Shown piece by piece: positions 12,061 to 23,800 of a stretch of 64,000 bases of DNA. Below the pieces are notes generated by a model. The model was given only the letters and a program-made list of their open reading frames with translations. It ran no database searches and was not told the origin of the DNA. Position 1 is the first letter of the stretch. Each line of letters begins with the position of its first letter. A program made the position numbers and the translations under genes. Source of the DNA: Klebsormidium nitens (Eukaryota > Plantae > Klebsormidiophyceae); NCBI GenBank assembly GCA_000708835.1, contig DF237099.1, forward strand, positions 73,554-137,553. The letters are read 5' to 3'.

Positions 12061-12740
12061 NNNNNNNNNNNNNNNNNNNNNNNNNNNNNNNNNNNNNNNN
12101 NNNNNNNNNNNNNNNNNNNNNNNNNNNNNNNNNNNNNNNNNNNNNNNNNNNNNNNNNNNNNNNNNNNNNNNNNNNNNNNNNNNNNNNNNNNNNNNNNNNN
12201 NNNNNNNNNNNNNNNNNNNNNNNNNNNNNNNNNNNNNNNNNNNNNNNNNNNNNNNNNNNNNNNNNNNNNNNNNNNNNNNNNNNNNNNNNNNNNNNNNNNN
12301 NNNNNNNNNNNNNNNNNNNNNNNNNNNNNNNNNNNNNNNNNNNNNNNNNNNNNNNNNNNNNNNNNNNNNNNNNNNNNNNNNNNNNNNNNNNNNNNNNNNN
12401 NNNNNNNNNNNNNNNNNNNNNNNNNNNNNNNNNNNNNNNNNNNNNNNNNNNNNNNNNNNNNNNNNNNNNNNNNNNNNNNNNNNNNNNNNNNNNNNNNNNN
12501 NNNNNNNNNNNNNNNNNNNNNNNNNNNNNNNNNNNNNNNNNNNNNNNNNNNNNNNNNNNNNNNNNNNNNNNNNNNNNNNNNNNNNNNNNNNNNNNNNNNN
12601 NNNNNNNNNNNNNNNNNNNNNNNNNNNNNNNNNNNNNNNNNNNNNNNNNNNNNNNNNNNNNNNNNNNNNNNNNNNNNNNNNNNNNNNNNNNNNNNNNNNN
12701 NNNNNNNNNNNNNNNNNNNNNNNNNNNNNNNNNNNNNNNN
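12061..12740. other. Assembly gap (680 N)
   Basis: Run of N. Confidence 1.
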
Positions 12741-12788
12741 ATCCTCGGGCCTCGTTGTGCTGAACTGCGGTACAAACCTCGATGAAGA

Positions 12789-12847
12789 GGGGTTGCACAC
12801 CGGCTACAATGCAACGCGGGGTTGCACACCGGCTACAACGTTGTAGC
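12789..12847. repeat. 21-bp direct repeat (period 29) ending in a perfect 16-bp palindrome
   Basis: ggggttgcacaccggctacaa at 12789 and 12818; gctacaacgttgtagc at 12832-12847. Confidence 0.9.
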
Positions 12848-14152
12848 TTCGTTACGCTGTTGAGCAGCGTCTCTCGGACTTGCTCAGATAGCTTTCATAA
12901 GCATGCAAGTTTGTAACGGCACAACAGTGTTGGTGGCGAATGCTCTGCCGCCATGTCGAGCAGGCCAGACTAGGACGGAACCTCGATGCAAGCAGAGAGG
13001 TCGGAAGGGCGCCGATCGTTCATCCTGCATCAATGTAAGACTTGAGTCCAAGGTTCCTCCTTGACCATGCAATGTCGTGCAAGCATTCTTTGGCGATCAT
13101 GTGCTTCAAAGATAAGTTGCAAAGTGCTCATTGGCATCTCGCCAGGCCGGCTTGCGCATGCAATCTGCTGCGGTGCATATGACTTAATAGGGGCGTTCGG
13201 GATCAGCGCATCCGTGCGTCATGGTTTGTACGCTCGTGCATATCTCTTTCAAGTAAAGCTCTTCTGCCACCCAAACTGAACTGCGAAGCCTCTTGTACAC
13301 TCTGCATTAAGACGAACGCCACGCAATGAACTAGGACCGACGTACCGAGAGCTTTCTGTGCGACTTATCAGCATGCAGGTCTTGACGTCGTTAGAGTCGA
13401 GCGCTCAGTGAGTGCAAGAAGTAAAGCTGTTGACGAACGTGATGCAAGACTTGTGCTTTGCTTCCGGACACGAGCTAGCTAGTAGGATCAACAACGATCG
13501 AGTCTGCAACATCATGATTAAGACTCCGACCAATCAATTCGTCCGCATATGGAGATTTGTGAATACGTAAGCACTTGCATGATAAGCTCGGAAAGCAGAG
13601 CGAGCTATAGAGCTGCAGCCAGTAACCATCCTATCAACTAGACGCCTGTACGCCCAGAGAAAAGCATTGAGCCTGGCCGGCTTCCATGTGCATTTAATGT
13701 AGAACGACCGGCAGATAACCAATAGCACCCTTTAGCTGACCATGACCGGTGGTACGTGCGAGCAGAACGTTACGAAGCAATCAAAAGATGCCTCAGCTGC
13801 TACGCAACACATGCGGGGTTCGGCTTTTGTCATGTGCTTTGAAAGCAGGTACACCGTATAATCACTAATGATCAGGTTGCCACGTGGGCGGCAAGGATCT
13901 GGGTGGCGCTTCAAGGCTTAAAACTACTTACAGACCGTCTCTTTATAATATGAACTGAAGGAGTCGTCTAACATTATTTCGGACTGCTTTGTTTTGATAA
14001 CTACAGAAGACCTAGCTAGCAGTGCATGCTTATCAACGGACAAAGCGTCTGCACAAGTATGTGCAACCTTGGCAGCCAACAAATCTATGGTACACTTAGA
14101 AGGACTTTCATCAAACGATATAACCTCCTTACAAAACATCCGTGTCCCTTTC

Positions 14153-16991
14153 TCAGACATCTTCGCCCAGCTCTTTCACTTGTGTGAGGATGAAGTGGAG
14201 GAGCGACAACCGCTGCAAGATCAAAAGATAAAATTTAAGCGCCCTGAAAGGAGGGAGACAAAACATTATCACCTCATGTATCCCATCGCTTCTCCCAGAT
14301 TGACGCTCCAGAACCGGTTCGCAATCGACGTTCACCGAACGTTTCAAGAGAGCCCCAAGACATCATTTCAATTCTCTCGATGAACTTATGCCTGGCTAAT
14401 CAATGAGGTCCGAACGGTTCACATCCTCCAAGCAAGCATGTCAGAAGCCACCGCTTGATTTCACGTAGACTCGTTCATTACTGTGAGCCGTTCCGGGTCT
14501 TGAGAACCTTTAATTCGAATGAAGAAAGGTAAGCCGATTACCTTCTGCTCGATGGCTCCACTGTACGTGTCTCGCTTCTGCCCCAGCTCTGCCGCCAGCT
14601 TTGCACCTTCCCGGAAATGCGCCACTGCAGCCTTGTCCTTCTTCGAAGCACGGTCCAAATCAGCAACTTTCGTGAAGGACACCACCAGATCGAGGACCTG
14701 CAAACGGCATTCCGATCAGCCTCTTTTACTGGTTCTCAGACTTTAATCCCCCTCCAACAACAGCGTCGAAGATTCCAGAAACAACTTTCGTGCGATGAAA
14801 AGAACAGGAGGAGAGAACCGCTCGTCCTCAAGCTAAGCGTGTTGAATCAATGAAAGGAAACGGCTTCGACTGCACTCGAAGTCCGATATAATTCTGTAGT
14901 ACGCCATGTTTTTGTGCAAAAATGAAGGGCGATACGAGTACAAGCCGTCCTGATGGTTGAAGTCCTTCTCGACCTCTTTCCGGATCCTTCAGATTGTGTG
15001 CTTGGATGAGCGCTGAGATGGATTACCTCTGATGCCGTTGCATCCGCGGTGTGAGCACTCTGTCGCAGCTGCAATGCACGCAGATATTCTATCCGTGCTT
15101 CATCTGCGCGCTTCGCAAGGTAGTGCAGGTCACCCAGCTTGTTGTACGCCACAGAAAGGTCGTGAACAACCTGGAAAGGCAATCATGCCGAGATTGTGAG
15201 AGAGGCAAACCACGATTGCCGGCATGACAGGTGCGTGAACCAGATGTTAGGAGTAAGAAGGCCTGTTGAACAATGAAAGACGAACTGTCGTATATTATTA
15301 GAAATCTGACAGGCCCGGAATCCGATCACACTTGAAGGACCGCACATTGCGACAGAGAAAAGCTTCCAAAGAGTCTCCTTTGCATGACAACTCTGAAGAT
15401 GAATGTTGACTGGACTTCCATTCCGAACTGTGAAGAGATTACCAGAGTTGGAGAAGCAGCTTGAGCAAGACGACCTCTCCTTTTGAAACGTCATCGACCT
15501 TGGTTTAATTACATGAAGTGGACCAGACGACAGGCTATGTACTTTGACCAAGGTCGCAGTAGAAGGGCGTCTCAGCAGTCGTACCTCGGCATTCTTCTCT
15601 TCCACGAGTTCCAGCCATTTTGCGCTGTCTCGATATGCAGACTCCGCCTGCTCAAGGTCCTGAGAGCCTCTGCTAAAGTCGCCGAGGGCAGCCATCACTG
15701 CACCGAGCTGACACAAAACTTTCGTTGAAACCCCCTCCTCAGCAAGAGCAGTCCTCAGATCTTCTTCGCACAACCTCAGAAGATGGATCGCACTTTCGTT
15801 ATTCCGCCCTGCGTAAGCCTGCAATGTGGGACCAAATGTCAATCCTTGAGTTCCAAAAACAAAAGGGACATTCGAAGATACAAATCACAATCAGCCTGGC
15901 AGGAGAGCCGCTCAGAGAAACATTGGAGAGAGTTGCGCCTGTCAGAAGCGAGCGCAATCACACAAGCGAATCCTCCAAGTCTAATCTGTACCTGTGGGAT
16001 CATCACTGGGAGCACGATTGCTCTTGCTTTGAAAGGCGCACATCTTTTGGAATGTTCTAGATTGAGTTCACCGACCCCTGAGGTTCAAATTGTTCTTCAG
16101 CAGGCTGCATATTGCTCTTTCAAGCACAGCAAAGTTCGAAAGAAACTGTGGGGGTGGTATCCAATGCAGAAATCGGCTGAAGAACCACAACATACATCCT
16201 TGAATACTTTGTGGATGTAAGAGAACAGCATTCGAAGACATTAACCGGCGAGTCTGCAAACTCACCCTCATCGCCAATTGTAATAGCAGGCCGCCCTGTT
16301 CAAGCGATAGGTCCCCGGTTTCCGAATCCCGTTTCGGAACCTCTGCTTCTGCAAAGCTTCGTCCGGCTTCCTTCTCTGCCACCTTCACGTCATTCTGCGG
16401 TGCTTTCCTTTTCCTTCTTGCATACTTCTCAACAAAGTAGCGGACGTTCTGATCCAGCATCCGAGTCTCATCATCCTGCTCCAGAGCCCTACATTCACCA
16501 CCGCACAACCCACAGGAACCCAATCTGAGACAGCAGCTGTTGCAGAACATATGCCTGCATGGCAAGATCCGCACAGTCTTGAAGAGCAAAGACTTACAGA
16601 CGAGACAGGTCAAGGGGCCAACTTTGACTGTGTCTGCATCATAGCCCATTGGACACTTTGGTTCCGAACTCTGGCCCTCAACCCGGGCTTGCTCTTCAAC
16701 CAAGCCGTGCCCATCAAGGGCCAGTGTATCTAAACTGTCGGACAACTCTGCAGCCTCTTTGCTGGGCCCCGAGGGTTTTGGTTGTGCACCAAATCCAAAA
16801 GGACACCTGCCCTCCATGTTGCTCCCATGCGCAGCTGGTTCTGAAACCCTAGGCTTAGCTGAACCAAATCCATACGGGCACTGGCCAGGGGCTGGCTGTT
16901 CTGAAGAATGAACGGCTGCAGGACGGTCTGAACTCTCCTTCCTTGATGTCTCGCCATGCAGGAAAGGGCACTTGGCTACGCCCTGGTCCAT
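14153..16991 (-). CDS. NCA1: NCA1 (NO CATALASE ACTIVITY 1) RING-finger/TPR catalase chaperone, about 439 aa, 5 exons
   Basis: Exons 16991-16266, 15818-15585, 15170-15027, 14697-14542, 14212-14153 (1320 nt). Has N-terminal CPF/CPY repeats, KCPMGYDADTVKVGPLTC, a C3HC4 RING (CLVC..CRHMFCNSC..CGLC), and TPR-like LCQLGAVMAALGD, LSVAYNKLGDLHY, VLDLVVSFTKVADL, ending EQKRLSLLHFILTQV. Confidence 0.92.
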
Positions 16992-17885
16992 CCTTGTGGT
17001 GAATAGGTAAACCTTTCAGCAGTGTTTTGCTAAAGCTAGAACTTTTCTTGGCGGTCCGTGGTGGTCGCCGTGACGCCTTCTGCATCCACGTTGTCTAGGT
17101 AGCCGCCCTGGTCCAGGATTCAGGAACAAGTTTGAAGCCTGAGGCAGTGAGGGGATTCCTCTGCCCAGCCTTGCCCCTTCCTGCTAATCGACGACAATTG
17201 TGCCCGGGACACCATTTTCCGTGTCCGAATGCTTTGAAAAGGGCCTTGCAAGATCGAAAAGCGATTACAGCATCTAGTACAGTATAGCGCATACTGATTC
17301 GACGGGTGTCCGAACCCTGATGAGAATCCGGACCCCGGCTGGTCCCAAGCCAAGGTCAAACCTCAGCCTAGGATGGCGTTTGGAAGCTTCGACTCGAGAG
17401 TCGACTCAGGCCAATGCTCTCGGACTCGGAGGGCAGAAGACAAGCGCAGGCAATTTGCATCGAGGGCGATGGCTGACATGATGGTCGAGGAACTTTAGCC
17501 TTAGGCCAGTGCGATTGGGACTCCCCGAAAGGAGAGTCGATGTTTTGTGCACTGCGAAATCCTGTTTGTGCTCCAGTTATTCGTGGAACAGACAACGGAT
17601 CTGTGGATGCAAAGTGAGGGGTGCGCAACCGCCACGCAGAGTACTTCAACAAGACCAGAATACGTCGTAGGCTTAATTGTACACATCAGGGAGAGGTTCT
17701 CATCTTCAGATGCTTGACTTTACCCATTCCGTCATCCGCACCCCTCAGGAGAAGACACGCCTTACATTAGTCAAGAAACTGGGCTCATCACAAACTGAGT
17801 AGGTGGCCATTGCAAGGTAGCGCTTATGCGGTGTTCCTGGGGCTTCGCTTTCTAAGTGTCTGCAAGAGCCCAGTCTGTGCTGAGG

Positions 17886-20800
17886 ATGGATTGGTTTGAC
17901 AAACTCATTGATAGGTTCATCCCTAAGAAGCCTTTTGGAAGGCAGAGGCTGCATGTGGATGTAGGGAGTCCTCGAGCAGCTTCGCTGCAGAGGGCTATGA
18001 GCATGAGTTCATCACCTTATCAGCCAGCGCACCGCACGATACCGGTCAACGATCGCTCTCCGGGCACGCCATCCCCATTCAAGGTATAGATTCTTACCCA
18101 CCAAATGTTCGACATGAAGCTGCTCTGATTGTGCAGATACACGCAAGTGGCAGCAGATATGTCAACCATTCTGGAGATTCGATCTCCTCAAGGTTTAGGG
18201 TTTTTTCTGTGGTGGTGAATACACGTATGGTCTGTAGTGCTCCCGAGATTCTTGGCCGTCCTGGGGAGTCACAGAACTCAAAATGAAGTCTTTGGAAGTG
18301 AATTGACCAGTTCAGAAGCTGCTCATTGGAGTGATTGCTCGTGCTTTCTGGCTCTCAGCTCGATTGTGTGGCAGACCATTGCGCACTTTGTTTTTCAGGG
18401 CAACTCGGTGTCAACGACGAAATACAATGTTGTCACGTTCCTTCCCAAGGGGCTGTTTGAGCAGGTGAGTCTTGCTTGGATACTTGGCCCCAGATGTTGT
18501 GCGCTTGTTGGAGCTAAGGCTGTTGCTTGATAAGGCAATCCTTCGCTGCTCTTGTTGTGAGGTCCTGGATATGAGCATCCGCTTACGTGGGCAAATTTTG
18601 TCTGGATAGGCTCACATACCGCACGGGAATCACTGCTGTACTTGAATTGCTTGCAAGGTTCATAGCGGTTCTTGTCGTGCAGTTCCGGCGGGTTGCAAAT
18701 CTGTACTTCTTGGTCATTGCAATCCTTTCGGCGACCCCTATCAGGTAGGCGGAACGCACTCAATCGTGTGTACTTTTGCATTGGACGACGAGTTGCCCAT
18801 TAGAAGTTGAACAAGTGCGTTAAGATGCTGCTCTAAAACTCAGGCGATTGCCAATTCAACGAGAAGCCACCGGTAACACTGCTTCCAAATGTTTGGCACT
18901 TGGCTGCTTGGAGCAGCCTGCTGGATTCGCTGGTTACATTGAAAAGCTCGTCGGGTGATCCATTTCGAGTGGTTCCAGTGTCGGGTCATCTTGAGAAGCT
19001 GAAAGAACAACTCAACTTCCTTAAGAAACACATGTTGGTGGAGCCTTGAGGATTCATACTTATCTTTTCCTATATTGCAGCCCCGTGAATCCCCTCACAA
19101 ACATTGGGCCCCTGATCTTAGTGCTGGCAGTCTCGTTAACGAAGGAAGCGTTTGAGGACCGGGTAACTTCCCAAAGCACAGGCCTTCTGCCGCTGTTGTT
19201 CACCAGCTACATCTCATGCGGATGAGTGGTACAACTGAATGAGTCGATCTTGGATTTTGCTTGTGCCTTGTCTATCTATCGTGTAATTTGGACCAAATGG
19301 TACATGTTTTTCTGCGATTTGACGCTTGCACGGTACAACTTCCAGTTGTCAGCGTTGAGACCCGAAGCTATGTTATTGTCTACTTGTAGAGTCATACTGT
19401 CTGTTCTGGAGCTGAGTTGCCAACAACGTGCTTTGCAGAAACGTTACAAGAGCGATAAGATCATCAACGCAAGCTTGACTGAGGTTCTGAGAGGACGGGA
19501 GTGGGTACAAATCCCTTGGAGTGCACTTACAGTCGGGGATGTTGTGCGGGTAAGCAGTTCAGGCTTGGGGCTTCGAGAACTTTTCCACTTTAATCTGTAA
19601 GCTCTTTGATCGGGGTGCCTCTCTGGAATCTGTACGCGGCATGTCCTGACTTTGGGGCGCTATGTCACCGTAAAGATGGTTGATGGTAAAGAAGTCAGCT
19701 TTAGAGAACAACCTCAATCCTGATCCTTGAAGCACTTCTAGATCTAACTCGAAACTACCCTAGACCTCTCCAGGAGCACAGGCTGCCTCTGACTAACGTT
19801 TGTTTACTGACTGTTTGACAACTCTTCTTGGTCAGGTGAAGAATGACACCTACTTCCCGGCTGACATGATCTGCCTGGCCACGACGAACCCGGATGGAAT
19901 CTGCTATGTTGAGGCGAGTCGTTCTTACGAAGTTTGCTGCTCTTTCTCAGTGACGGCAGAAACTTCTAGGGAATAGCATACTTGCTGTCCAGTAAGAGTA
20001 AGCTACGTTGATCTCAAACCCGTTCTGTGGGTGTCACTTCCATGCTGGTCCGTCTACCCGGCTTCATCTAAGAACTTCTATGTTCACTTTCATGGAGCCA
20101 GCTCCACAGTTTCTCGAGATTCTGAAAGATTGCAGGGTGGAAGCTCCTCCTTACATGAGCGCATGGTCTGTGAGAGTTCTTCTCCGAACGAAGTGACGGC
20201 TTCATGCGCAGAATGATCGATTTGAAGAGTTGTGGTGCCAGTTCCGAGAGGCTAGTTCTTTGTGAAAGTGAGAGCTGAAGGGAATGTGATTCTCACTTCC
20301 TTCCTTTCGTCGGTATCCCTGTCACTCCCTGACCCCGCTCGTTTACGATTCGCAGACGATGAACCTGGACGGCGAGACGAATTTGAAGATTAGGAAGGCG
20401 ATGGAACGGACTTGGGAGTACGTCACCGCAGAAGCGGCGGCCGAGTTCAAGAACGCGGCCATTGAGTGCGAGCTGCCCAACAATTCGCTGTACACCTTCG
20501 TGGGGAACCTGATGGTCGGCAAGCAAGTGCTGCCGCTGTCGCCGAACCAGATCCTGCTCCGGGTGCGCTTCCTCTCACACCTATATTTTCAAACCAATCC
20601 TCAAAACCGCACCGACCAGAATTTGCGAAAGACTAAAAGGTTTTTCTCTTCGAAGACCGCGTGAAGAATTTATTAAGGCTTGAGACGGCTTTCTTGATGA
20701 CATGCTCCTGCCTGATCGGTTTCCTGCGGGCACTGTGAGATGTCACCAGCTTTGAAAGGAGTCGTAAGACATTCCGTAATTGTATCGGTTGGTTCGAATG

Positions 20801-23800
20801 CAGGGTTGCAGCCTCCGGAACACGGAGCACGTTGTTGGGGTGATAATATTCACTGGGCACGAGACGAAGGTATGTCCGCAGTCTGGATGACGATTCTCAA
20901 AGCGTAGAGTGCATAATTGTCACGGCAATGACAGCAAAGTCGGCGCCGTTGGAGTTGATCCTTTTTTGATCAAGGAGTCTGGATGGAGGGCGTTTCCAGT
21001 TCTAACGTACTTGTCCTGCGGGCGAAGCTTTGAACTGAATATACTGTTGGTTGTTCATTTGACTCATCCAGCTGACCTCAAGTTCTACGAAGAGTATTCT
21101 TCGGTATCGACTCGGATGGTCTTAGCTCTACTACTCTCTGGCGTCAATCTAGCTAGGAATCAAGAAAGATAATAATCAGCCGAGATAATGATAAGATAAC
21201 CGCACTGGCCGGGTAGGGTTAGTTTGGTGGTTAGGGTGGGTACGGGTGCGGAGCAGGCATCGTTTTTGGCTTCAGGGTTTTAGTGTCAGTCGGAGCTTGT
21301 TATTATCTTGGCATACTACTATCTTTCTTGAGAATTATTTAATCTGATGGTCTTAAGCCCGTCCATCTGCAAATGGATGTCACGCCGGACCTCAGCACAG
21401 GTATCAACAGGCGCCTGGTTTCAGCCGTACTTTCGAACTGCAGGTGATGATGAACGCCATGGATGTGCCGTCCAAGCGCAGCACGCTTGAGAAGAAGCTC
21501 GACAGGCTCATCATCACCCTCTTCATCGTCCTGTTCGCCATGTGTTTCATTGGCGCCGTTGGCAGGTGAGCACATTGTACGAACTGTTTCTCTCGTACAT
21601 TTCCAAATCGAACTTACCATCGATCCATATCACTGGATGATCCAGGCTGAAAGCTGATTTATACCTATGGATTGGGGGACTTCTTAGCGCCGCGACTATA
21701 CTTTCTGGGCATCTTAACAACTGCCGGCTTTCTGTGCTGTGACCCTCAGATTGGATTCAGTCGGTCCCTTGGACGAGTCAGCTTCCTGGGACCAGTTGGA
21801 CAGGTCTGCACTCTATCTCTCAATCGTTCTGTATGCATCTCACGAGATATTGCGGCTTCAAGGACTGGCTAAAGAAGCAGACGTGCGAAGATATCTCCTT
21901 ACGCGCTGCGTTTGTTTCCTTTGCAGTGCCCTCTTCGTCGACGACAAGCAATGGTACTTGAGGATGAGGAGCGCGGATGCGCAGTTCAACCCGAAGAACC
22001 GCTTCTTTGTGAGTGCAGTACCCCTTAAGCAGTTTGCTCAAGCTTTGGTCCCTGACCTAGATTCCTTGAAGAACAGACACCTCCGTTGAGATGCACGGAT
22101 TTTCCGTCGGGCAAGCGAGACGGGAGAACAAAAGGGGGCGGCAAAGACCATGTTGTTGGCCGGGAGGTCTGCGCGCCCACTTTACGAGGCCCTAGTTTGC
22201 AACAGAGCTGTTTTCGCTTCTGGTGGATCAGTAGCAGGCTGGAAGTAATGTCCACAGGAGGCAGCTCAAGAAGCCGGCGAGTTCTTAATGTTGCATCTTT
22301 GCAACTCAGTCCTCGTGCTACTCTTGTGAGCAGATAGCCACAGCATTGGAGAGAATTTCTGAGAGACAACCTTCTTTTTGCAGGTCTTCTTGCTTACATT
22401 TCTCACGCTGGTCACCCTCTACTCGACCATCATCCCCATCTCCCTCTATGTGTCAATCGAGGTGAGCTCGACTGTTCGCTTCGACCTGATATCGCTACAT
22501 AAAAGGTGGTCACTGGGCAAATGAAACCTTTTTCACAAGCAGGGAACTTGAATGTAGCAGTTTGTCTTGTTGAGTACTCGCCAGCTAAAGGATTTCGCGA
22601 ACGTAGCAGCTTTGAACCGAACGGGTTGAAAGGCGGCACTAACTTTTGAAACGTGTCAAGCGTTTGGAACTCCGCTCCTCTCTTGATCTGCTTTTTAGTC
22701 GGCCCACTTATTTGAAGATCATTCTGCGAACCGTTCCTTTCGTCCCTCTGTCTCAAGCAAGAGATCCCTCGCTGCTCGTCTCTGACTGTCCCAAATCCAA
22801 ACGAGCTGTTCGTTGCTGACCCGTTCCCAGTTTGCATTCCCTTCCGGTCTCAGACGTTCTTGCCTGTGCTTTCGACCGAACTATCTATATGTTACCCCGT
22901 GTTTTCCGGACGCTTTGAGCTGACAACGTTGAACAATTGTTTCTCCCAGATGATCAAGTTCATCCAGTCGACCCAGTTCATCAACAAGGATCTCAACATG
23001 TACCACCGCGAGTCGGACACGCCCGCGCTCGCGCGGACATCCAACCTGAACGAGGAGCTCGGACAGATTGAGTACATCTTCTCGGACAAGACCGGCACGC
23101 TCACGCGCAACCTCATGGAGTTTTTCAAGTGCTCCATCGCGGGAGTGATGTACGGAACCGGAGTCACGGAGATTCAGCGAGCGGCCGCGGTGCGCACAGG
23201 CATCGAGTTGGAAGAGTTGGTGCCGTCGGGCGCGCGCGTGCAGGAGAAGGGTTTCAACTTCGAGGACCGGAAGCTGATGAAGGGGGCGTGGCGGGCGGAG
23301 CCGGAGGCGGAGACAATCAAGGTACGGCAGCTTTTGAATCTTGCCTTGGGATCATGGTGTGTAAGGATTTGAGACCTCGACTGATGGAGGTCGTGTTTCT
23401 GTTGTGGCTTCGTTTGTGTGCATTCTAGGCTTGAGAAAGATTCTGTGCGAGCAGACTGCACGTGGTTGACGGCCCTATCTTTCGAGTCAGCTAGCTGAAC
23501 GGATATTCTGACCAGCTTTCTGTCCGATCATGGGAAGAGTTGCCATCCTCCAAGCCTAAAAGCATCTGGGTGTGTTGCAAGCATCTTGTCCCTCCTTGCA
23601 TCTCTCGTCTAGCATCTCTAGAATTGTGGGCAGTTGCGGAGGGTTTCTGTTCATTTCGACCAAGCGAATTCAACGACTGTCCTTGTGAAGGGACCTGTTG
23701 ACTAAGCTGACTCTGCTCCGTCATCGCTCTCTCGATCTGGTGGCGATCTAGCCTCCCATTGTAATCATCATCCTCGACCTTGCAGGAGTTCTTCCGATTG

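Noticed and set aside
11866-12829. Long ORFs spanning the N run
   Set aside because: Artefacts of translating N.
14461-14541. NCA1 ending by read-through at the 14461 stop (ORF track)
   Set aside because: A good donor at 14541 and a downstream exon (RLSLLHFILTQV) restore the conserved NCA1 C-terminus.
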